Positions 53,061-64,000 of a stretch of DNA of 64,000 nucleotides are shown piece after piece; positions within the stretch are counted from its first letter, which is position 1, and each line of letters starts with the position of its first letter. Location of the stretch: NCBI RefSeq assembly GCF_009914755.1, contig NC_060929.1. One strand, given 5' to 3'. Below the pieces are notes generated by a model. It was not told the origin of the DNA. It was given only the letters and a program-made list of their open reading frames with translations, and did no database searches. The stretch comes from the human T2T-CHM13v2.0 reference genome, Homo sapiens. A program made the position numbers and the translations under genes.

Positions 53061-53919
53061 AAACCTCTTTCTAAAAAGGAAAAAAGGTCACAATGCTGAG
53101 GGTGTCTTAATTCAAAAGCTTGAGGAAAATTGTTCAGTACATCATCACAGAGCACTACACGGATTAGCAGCAAGTCCTCAGAAAGTCTGTTCCATCATCT
53201 GGCAAAATGTACTCTCTTGGGGTTTCATTGGTAGGTCATGAGAAAGTTGACCAGTTCCAACCAGGTCACAGTGTTTCTTCCCAACTATCACTCTCAGCAG
53301 TTGAAAATGTGTACTGTCATAAAGTGTTTTTTTTTTATTTTGTTGTTTTAATTACTAAAATCACGGTCCAGCAATCTTACACAAGCTTCTTTTTGAAGCG
53401 GTCAGGAAACAGTGATTTTGGGAGGGGTTTTCTGCCTTGAAGTGAGCAAAAGAGGAAACATTTTAATAACAATATCTTATCCATTTTTGTAGATTCCTTG
53501 AAATCCAGGGAGGAGCACACAATGAAACAGAGACTATGTCAGTTGTGATGTAGGCATCATCATGCTGAATATTAAGAGTGGAAGTAGATTGATTTTGTCT
53601 GCTGCAGAATGATGGATATGAAAGCAGGTGTCTGGTGGGCAGCAGGAACTCATACCTCATCTCAATAGGCTTCACATCTGAAGGCTCATCTTGCTTCTCA
53701 GTTACATGATGAAGGGAGACACCATCCAAGCAGTAAAGATAGGAGCACAGCACTGCTGAAAGCAAGGCTACTCCTATCGCACGTTCTGTCTTCATAAATG
53801 AAGAACAGAAGAAGAGAAAATAATAAATTTCTATAGAATGACAGACAGGCCTAGGCTTAGGGAATTCATGAAACAAACAAACCAACTCTTCTCAAAATTG
53901 AGTGGGAGGAAAATGGTCA

Positions 53920-54090
53920 CTAATGTTGATTGAACTCCTGCAAGCCAGGCACTTGATGTAAATTATTTCATTTAATCTTCAGAACAACCTAAAAAGGCAG
54001 GTATTTTATCTTTATTTTGTACGTGATAAAATGACAACTCAATAAGGTGAAACATATCACCATTGCCAGTGAGCAGTAAATGCTGAAAGT
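53920..54090 (-). mobile_element. MIR
   Basis: gccaggcac...tcatttaatcttcagaacaacct...aggtattttatctttattttgtac. Confidence 0.7.
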
Positions 54091-54283
54091 GGACAGAGGA
54101 GACCATATCTCAGCATATGGAGGTGCATATAGACCACTGGACTTGATGGAGGCATGTCCGGGGTGTTATCACAGAATTTTTGGGAGGCCATAAGGCTAGT
54201 TACCTCGGAAGTTCCTGCATCCAAACCTGAAGGTCAGACAGACCTTACTAGAAGGTGCACATAAACACAACTGTTTTGGGGAA

Positions 54284-54671
54284 TGTGTCAGTCAGGATTC
54301 TCCAGAGAAACAGAAACAATACAGTTCTGCTTGTATTACACACATAACCAATAGGGTTCATGTGGAAGTTGTCAAGTCTAAAATCCATAGGGCAGGATAG
54401 CAGTTTGCAAAGTCAGGCAGGACCTGATGTTATGGTCTAAAGGCAGAATTTACTTTTCTCTGGGAAGCCTTAGCTTTTGCTCTTAGGACGTTCAACTGAT
54501 TTTATTAGGCCTGCCTGTGTGATCAAGGGTAATCTCCTTTACAAAAGTCAACTGATTGTGTTTGTTAACCACATCTACAAAATACATTTGCAATAATACC
54601 TGGGTCCGTGTTTGATTAAATAACTGGATACTATAGGCTGGCCAAGCTGACACATAAGACTAATCATTATA
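54284..54671 (-). mobile_element. MLT2D-like ERVL LTR
   Basis: gtcaggattctccagagaaacagaaacaata...aaaagtcaactgattg...gccaagctgacacataa. Confidence 0.8.
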
Positions 54672-55034
54672 AGGGATTCATTGGGGCATTGCCACTTAGT
54701 AGGATAAAGGACAATGGTAACTTACAGGTTAAGTCCATAGGGCTACTGTATTTAAAAGGATTACAAAGGGAGCCACATATATGGAGAACTTTTAATGGAA
54801 AGCTAATTGTAAATGATGTGTAATAAAAAAAGTCATTGGGTCAAAAGTGTAGCTTTCATTTTGACAAGAAAAGCCAAGATATGGCTTGTCTAGAAAAGTG
54901 TTAAAATTTTTCTGCAGTATAGGCTTTTATCAACTGATGCAAAATCCTTCATCTTGGTATCTGGTGAAATAAGAAAGCCAGAGTTTTGAAATATTCTCTT
55001 ATGGCCTTATAGATATTCATTGAAGGGGGAGTCA

Positions 55035-55076
<42 letters not shown>

Positions 55077-55096
55077 GTTTGTGTGTGTGTGTGTGT
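55035..55096. repeat. (TG)n(CG)4(TG)n alternating purine-pyrimidine tract
   Basis: About 13 GT units, gcgcgcgc, then further GT units. Confidence 0.9.
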
Positions 55097-55454
55097 TGCA
55101 CATCAACGTGGGACAGGTTGGCCCTCTTACCTTTGGCTGTCTTCTCTGAAAGTGTCTTTCATTGTTTCTACTTAACACTGCTAAAGATTCTAACCCCAAA
55201 TAGTCCACAATAATAATTTCATTCCATATTTCGGGGGGGGCGGGGTTAGTTTGTCAGCATGATTACTAGTACTCTACTGCATTTGATGAACTTTTTGAGA
55301 GATGTGTATCTATCTCCATTTCATCGATGAAATTCAAGAGATGTTAGGGACTTCAAGTTAACAGGGCATACTTAGTCTGATGGGGTATTGCTCACCTCAG
55401 TAGAACAAAGAAAGCCTTCAACATGAGAGAAGGCCCTACACTTCTGGTTAGGCA

Positions 55455-56540
<1,086 letters not shown>

Positions 56541-57585
56541 ACCTGATTTGGAAATCAGCTACAAAAAATGTAAGTATTTGACCAACATTTTGTTCCTAAA
56601 TATAACATAAGTATAACCTTGACCCCCTAATCTTATAATACTTATCTATGGAACAATGAGTTTGAGTCATTGTTCGGTATCACCCATAATCAACCTTAGT
56701 TTACCCACATCACTCTGTCTTCTTCTTCAATATAACATTGTCTTCTACATGCATTTAAAAATCAAAAAGAAAAGTTTTAGGAAATGAGTAATTGAAGGGA
56801 GGTCACAGTTAATTTGCATGAATCCAAGCATAGATTATCTTGCTATCAATTTCGTATTGAATTTGGAGATTGAAATTACATATTATGCCAAATTAAATAT
56901 TCTTTGTTACTCATATTTTCCCCTTTCTCCCCCCATCCTTCCTCTCATCTCCCTCTTTCATTCTCCCTCCCTTCTTTTCTTCCCTATCTCTCTTTCTCTC
57001 TGCATTCCTTCTAATGTTTTATAATGTGTCACATTTCATGCAACCCCTGATGTAAAAATTTATTAGATGACCTACCTAGCCTTTTCTCCAAAGGCTTGAT
57101 TATTTTCTTTGGAAATAATTAGGGATGATAAATTTTGATAGCATCTTTTCCCCCTCCTCCTGTATTTGTTTGATATCTGCATTCACAAACTTGCCCCTTT
57201 ACCAGGGCAAGGACTCTGTGCAAGTGAGGAAATCAGGCACTCCGGTAGATGTGTAGGGGGTCACATACCTGAGAACCACCATGTTTGAGGGACAGGCCCT
57301 GGCATTCCATGGCTGGCCATCAGAACACTCCATACAGGTCCTTTGTGTCATTCAAAGAAGAACCAGTCAACCACATCCATACAAGTGCTATTGCTCTTCT
57401 GCCTGAGCCCGACATCACAGGATTCTTACAACCACATACTGTTATTTATGACTGTCCCTTCTGACCCAAATATTAAAATAATTAATCTTACACCTTAATA
57501 GTATTTGTTAATTCCAGGATATTTTACATTTTGCAATATATTTTTTACTGCAGCATTCTTATTCTACTTCTCCACATTTAAAATA

Positions 57586-57900
57586 AGCCAGGCACAATGG
57601 CTAACACATATAATCCCAACACTTTGGGAGGCCCAAGAGGGAGGTTCTCTTGAGGCCAGGAGTTTGAGACCAGCCTGGACAACACAGAGAGACCCCATCT
57701 TTACAAAAAAATTTAAGAACTAGCCAGGCATGGTGGCATACAACTATAGTCCCAGCTACTCCAGAGGCCGAGGTGGGAGGATCCCTTGAGCCCAGGAGTC
57801 AGAGGCTGCAGTGAGCTCTGGTCATGCCACTGCAGTACAGTCTGGACAACAAAATGAGACCTTGTCTCTAAAATAAATAAATAAATAATGAATAAATAAA
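57586..57900 (+). mobile_element. AluJ with (TAAA)n tail
   Basis: ttgaggccaggagtttgagacc...gggaggatcccttgagcccaggag...gaggctgcagtgagct; tail aaataaataaataaataa. Confidence 0.9.
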
Positions 57901-57929
57901 ATGTTTACAGTTGACCATTATATTATTTA

Positions 57930-58664
57930 TAGTTTTGAGATTCCCTAACAAAGTACCCCACACTAGGTAGCTTAAATCAGGGGTCCCCAACCCCTAGGCC
58001 GCAGACCAGTACCCATCCATGACCTGTTAGGAACCAAGCTGCACAGTAGGTGAGCACTGGTGAGGGAGCATTGTATCCTGAGCTCTGCCTCCTGTCAGAT
58101 CAGTGGCAGCATTAGATTCTCACAGGAGTGAGAACCTGATTGTGAACTGCACATGTGAGGGATCTAGGTTGCGTATTTCTTATGAAAATCTAATGCCTGA
58201 TGATCTGAGGTGGAACTGTTTCATCCCCAAACCATCCCCCTGCACCCTTCCGCCAAACCGTGGAAAAACTGCCTTCCACAAAACCAGCCCCTGGTGCCAA
58301 AAAGATTGGGGACCATTGGCTTAAATAACAGAAATATGTTTTCTCACAGTTCTGGGTGCCAGAGGGCCAAGATCAAGATGTCAGCAGGGCTGGCCTATTC
58401 TGAGAACTCTCTTTGGCTTGTAGATGGCCATCTTCTCCCTGTGTCTTCACCTCACCTGCTCTCTGTATGTGTCTATCATAACTGCCTTTTCTCATAAGGA
58501 CACCAGTCACATTAGATCAGGGGCCACGCTAATGACTGCCTTAGAGATCATAACCTTACTTACCTCTTTAAAGACCCTATCTCCAATTACAGTCACATTC
58601 TGAGGTACTGGAAGTTGGGACTGCAGTGTATGAATTTTCTGGGAGCACAGTTCTGCCCACAACA
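57930..58664 (-). mobile_element. MLT1A-like LTR, interrupted by MER1B
   Basis: taacaaagtacc...gcttaaat|aacagaaat...ttctcacagttctgg...aaagaccctatctccaattacagtcacattctgaggtactgg. Confidence 0.85.
57978..58318 (+). mobile_element. MER1B hAT-Charlie MITE, 8-bp TSD
   Basis: TIRs caggggtccccaa / ttggggaccattg; TSD gcttaaat at 57970-57977 and 58319-58326; internal cagcattagattctcac. Confidence 0.92.
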
Positions 58665-59409
58665 GCTTTATAGAGACAGAATAGAGAAGGGTGTTGTGCT
58701 GGATTCCACAATATGACTTGCTCTCTGTAGGCCAGTGAGGAGGGATGTTACCTCTTTTATATCCTCAAATTTCACTCTTCCCAAATAGATATCCACACTC
58801 TTTAAATTGGGTTAACTGTGAATTTGGAGTTTATCTTAAAATATCATATTGAAACCTAACTTTCTAATTTTGTGGAGTTTTAATTTTTTTTATAGATTTA
58901 ACCTAAGATTTTACCTAAGGGCCAGGTCAACACTGTGGATGCATATAATGATATCTAATTACAAAGTTCTTTGAAAAAACCTATTTTAGAAGTCTATAAA
59001 AACTTCCTTCTTATAACTAGTCCACACAGGGACCCAAAGGCCCTATTCAACCCCTAAGGTCACTGAATATCAAGCCTAATAAGTTCCAGGAGAGAAGTAA
59101 TCTATTCAGAAAAAAAGGGTATATTTAATCACCGGATTTTAAAAAGAAAGCTAAGTTCTTCATGATAACTTAAGTAGTTAATGGAATTTATTTAAGAATC
59201 TGTTTACAATAATAACTTCAGTGGATATAAAATAGATTTCTTCAATTTTACTAGTTTATTTTAACTTGCAGAATTCTTTGGGCATTGAAGTAGCTGAGAG
59301 GCTTATCTTCTTTTCTCAGGCTATGAATAAAGAGGAAGAAAAAAGTGAAGATTGATTTTTGTTGTATAGTCCTTTACATTTCTCAAATTTTAACCTACTT
59401 AAAAAACCT

Positions 59410-59560
59410 CATAATCACAGAATAAAATTTTACAAGTGATAGGGCTCTTTAAGATCATCTAATCCAACCCTATAATTTATGAAAGTAGTAAATAAGACTG
59501 AAGAAGGACAAAATGACTTAAACTACACATGGAACAATTTAACAGAAATATTTAAAACTT
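59410..59560 (-). mobile_element. MIR3/MIRc-like fragment
   Basis: ctttaagatcatctaatccaaccc...gactgaagaaggacaaaatgactt. Confidence 0.5.
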
Positions 59561-59939
59561 AACTCTTTTGTTACACTACTTCAGTATGCTTGTTTAGAGG
59601 TTATACAAGCCAGTTGTTTTTATTCTCTCAAGTAATTTAAAGACTGTCACTTGAGACTCATTTTATTTTAGTCAAAGTAGAAAAGTTAACTCCCCAAATG
59701 CTAGCACTTAGTGCATTAATTTGTGGATGATTCATCTCAAAATTACCTTCCCATGTATCTGCTGCAATTAACTTTGACAAGTGTAAAAACAAAAAAACAA
59801 AATAAATCTCTCCTATGGCCTGAAAAAAAAATAGTATCAATAACCTCAAAATAAATTATTGCTTTAAAATTGTTTGCAAAATTAAGGAGTCAGAAGTGTA
59901 TGGGAAGGCATTTAAAGATTTTGAGTGGGGAGGTGACCT

Positions 59940-60067
59940 TAGGGCAACAGCATGGATTAATCTTCCACACTGGGGCACGGTGTAGAGTGTGGGTTTTCTG
60001 ATAATTATCAGGTTGGGACAACAGGTATAAAACAGGGCTTTTCCCGTCCAACTTGGAGGTCATCCTG
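59940..60067 (+). mobile_element. MER94-like MITE
   Basis: tagggcaac...ccacactggggcac...ataattatcaggttgggacaacaggtataaaacaggg...ggtcatcctg. Confidence 0.55.
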
Positions 60068-60335
60068 TTCTTTATGAAGGTTAACCCAGCAGAGGGCAGT
60101 GGGATAGACTGGCCCAATCAGGGACTGATGAATGCGCCACAGGAGACAGGGGGCCCACGTATAGCTAGAAGTACCTCTTCTCTAAGGAATGCGGCAGAAG
60201 CAGCCCAGAGTAAGGTGGACAGCTGAGCTCCGCCTTCTCCTCTCCCTCTGTGACTCGCTGTGACAGCTGCCCTGTTGTCAAATGTGCACTGTCCCTGTGG
60301 CTTCTTGCATTTCTGAAATCTATGGTACAATTGCA

Positions 60336-60658
<323 letters not shown>

Positions 60659-61470
60659 TAAGTAAGATATTTTATAATGAGAAACAGTGACCCTTTCTAC
60701 ATGGTGAAATACACCACGCTGGTACTTGGAGTTAGGCAACCCTGCCTCTTAGAGATCCTCCACATGCCTCTTCTGACCCATTGTGCCGTGTGCACTGGGA
60801 AGGAGATGACCATGGGGAAGGAAGAACTGTGTTCTGGAAATCCCAGAGAGCTTGTGGAGAAGCCAGAAGCCATCCCCGCTGGCTGGAGAGATCATGCAGG
60901 GACAAAGCCCAGCACATGATAATGGTATGTAGGTCAGAGTATTAGAAATTGAGGTTTCTGGCAATACTAAATAGTCAGCACTCTTGATTAAAACTTAATT
61001 GCAAACTGTTTCTAATCAAATCCTCCCTAACTGCAGGTACTTTTGCCCCAACATTTGTTTGTTTGGGTTGTTTTTCTTTTCTTTTTTTTTTTTACATTGC
61101 TGAGGAAGTTATTATACATTGAACATCCACATTCTCAAACATCATTTCCAGAAAGAGCTCTCGCTTACTTCTTCTAATCGCAAATTACACAGATTTCTAG
61201 CAGCAGGGCACCCCCAGAAGCAATTCAGTGTTGATATTTTTGCCAGTGGTTACAAGTAAGTAACACCTGAGTCTGAACAAATAAACATTACAATACAATC
61301 CACTCTAAATCTACAGGTTGTCCTGAGCTGAAAATCATGCGGCTTTTCTGAGATGGTAAAGTGAAGCTTGAGCTATGAGGCAGACAGGGCTCTGCCTGTC
61401 CACTGTCTTCCCCCGTGACCGTAGACCGGGATTTGGCAGTTGAGACAACACTGCCTTTCCAGGTCTGTCA

Positions 61471-61484
61471 GCAGCAGGGGGCAC
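61471..61484 (+). promoter_or_regulatory. Candidate CTCF core motif
   Basis: GCAGCAGGGGGCAC, one mismatch to CCASYAGRKGGCRS, in a repeat-free, locally CpG-richer block. Confidence 0.45.
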
Positions 61485-62734
61485 ATCTGTGCGGGAAATT
61501 ACTCACATGCTCCTGAGGCCTGGCTAATTTATGATTTTTTTTTTCTTCCAAATAAGCTGAAATATGTATGTGGCAGTGATCTAACCCACTCAACCCATTG
61601 TTGAGACAGCAATGGGCATTTTTCAGATTTCCTTCATTGTCTTTCTCAGTGTCGTATCAAATTCCACAGATCTCTTGTAGGTCAAATTTTTTTTTACATT
61701 AATTTGCCTTCATATTTAAGTGGAGTAAGAAGGGCTTCTGAAAAAAATTCATATATAAAACCATATATTTCCAGTTGTAAATCCTTCCATATCTAGCCAT
61801 GGACTTGCGATAGCCAATGAGGGTTTCTTCCCAGAACCTCTTCCACACACTCAGCCTGGACTTACCCCGTTCTCATCTTCAGGCGACACCGTGGGCATGA
61901 CTGTGTATTTCCCACTGTGTATCCTGATAACAAGTTTTTGAGTACCTAGTAGAGTAAAAGACAGTGACTTCTGTCCCTTTCTCTTCCCCTAGCCAGAACC
62001 AAACACATAAAGATCACATTATAGCTTCATAAAGTATAAAGAGATTTATCCCAAGTGGCTAGTTTCCAGTGGTGACCTCCTTCTTTTGAGTTTCCCTTTC
62101 AAGAAAGCATGGACTCTGCACACAGGCAGTGGCTTGCACACTGCTAGACTGCCAGTGCTTGCACAGTTCCTGACACACAGCAGGGACTCGGGGTGTGCAA
62201 TCTAAATATAGCAGGACTCGTGAGTTCATGTAGGCCTGTTCTTTTTTGTACATAGCTGTCCTTCAGGCCTCATATGGGCACCTTTTTAAAAGTCTGCTTG
62301 CACTAAATATATCATTTCGCCCATCCTGAATTTCTGAAGACAACTGACTATTATTTTTATCCAACAAACCATCCAAACCCCAGTCATTTTCCTTAAGTGC
62401 AACTCAGCAGAAGGAACTGCCCTACTTTGATTTTAAACCAATGTCATAGATTTAACTCTGCAGGAATATTTTCTTGCTAGTGGTCTCCACCAATCATCAT
62501 CATGGGAAGTTGCTAAACCTAAAAAAAAAGTTGTGCATCAATGTCTGCATATCACAAACATCTGTGGACGCCTGTTCTCAAGCAGGATGGTGTGTGCCTA
62601 TTTTTTGGATACCTTACCCAGATGGTTATTTGAACGTTGAACTTTGGGATTGCCTGTGGGAAATGTCCATGCCTTTGAACTTGCAGACTCCTTCAGGGGT
62701 TACCATTCCACTTGCTTAATTAGGAAATGATCAC

Positions 62735-62960
62735 TGTGGTTAAAAGCACAGAACCCGGGACCCAACAGACCTGGATTGAAATCCTAATTGCTTTCCCTCC
62801 CTAAAATATATTTCTTTCTACAAAAAGTAAGAGAGAAGACCAATAATAGAATTAACTTCATAGGGTTGTTAGGTGGAATAAATTTGATAGGGGATACGTA
62901 AGGTTTTGGCACTGAGCCTAATATAGAGTGGACATTCAATAACTATTAGCCTTTAGTATT
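62735..62960 (+). mobile_element. MIR
   Basis: gtggttaaaagcacagaac...cagacctggattgaaatcct...ttcatagggttgttagg...cattcaataactattagc. Confidence 0.7.
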
Positions 62961-63668
62961 ATCACCAGAGTCTCAAAGAACTAATCGTTATTAAAATAAT
63001 CATTCATGCACATAAATGCTTTATACTCCTAGAAAGCACAAATCAATTTAAAGAAAAAAAAAAGCTTTAAACATTTTGATAGACCAGTGATAGTCAGTTT
63101 ACAGCAAAAGAGGGAGTAAGATTATTTAGTTAAACAGGAAACAGAACTCTGAGGCACTAAGCTAAATGGAAGGACAAAAGATGAGAAAAGACAACTTGAA
63201 AATAACTTTGATTTTGCATACATTAATAAATGTTAACATGCCTGTTTGAAACACAGTATCTGAGAGTTACGATATTTTATCAGCCAAAGCTGCAAATCCT
63301 GACATTTTTCCCTAATGTGTAAATGGCAGATGTCATTTATATGTGCAACATTCACATGTGAATCTGGATTCCTAGAATTTCTTTGGAAAACACAAAATAT
63401 TTTGCTCAATATTTCAGCAAGTATAACTCTAATCTATTTTGGTGGGGTATTCATTTCTTTAAACTTTAAATACATATCAAGAATAAAATCAGACAACAAT
63501 GATCCTTTTTTTCAATTTATGTGAAAAATAATAGAAGTTAAAATATTCAAAATTGAAGTCTATTTCTTATTTTTATTTTTTTCTAGTTCTTTCTCACCAC
63601 AAATAATATCAAGAAGGTGAATAAACATGTGCCATTGAATAATCATCAGTGAACCATATTTAATATTA

Positions 63669-63976
<308 letters not shown>

Positions 63977-64000
63977 GTATAAAACATGAAATACAGATTT

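Noticed and set aside
55318-55333. Perfect 16-bp palindrome atttcatcgatgaaat
   Set aside because: About one palindrome of this length is expected by chance in 64 kb of AT-rich DNA.

Overview
This window is primate (human-like) nuclear DNA, not prokaryotic. It is AT-rich, strongly CpG-depleted and dense in interspersed repeats: about 14 Alu copies (J, S and Y subfamilies), 5'-truncated L1PA/L1M 3' ends, L2 and MIR fragments, MaLR/ERVL solo LTRs (THE1, MST, MLT1, MLT2, LTR33-like) and hAT MITEs (MER5, MER20, MER58, MER1B, MER94). I can support no protein-coding gene, tRNA, rRNA or CRISPR array. The ORF track uses bacterial-style alternative starts, and its ORFs are either repeat-derived or of chance length. 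The region is most likely intronic or intergenic, and I could not identify the locus. Repeat family names come from recalled consensus motifs, not a RepeatMasker run, so subfamily calls and most boundaries are approximate (about +/-10-30 bp unless a TSD is quoted). I found no convincing new biological system. The most notable signals are local: a perfect 59-bp tandem duplication inside an old MER20, a trimeric Alu with an AluY arm in the linker of an AluSc, a templated-repair-like scar in an MLT2 LTR, several CTCF-like motifs (one next to a G-quadruplex motif), close inverted Alu/LTR pairs, and repeat-free blocks that may be enhancers.
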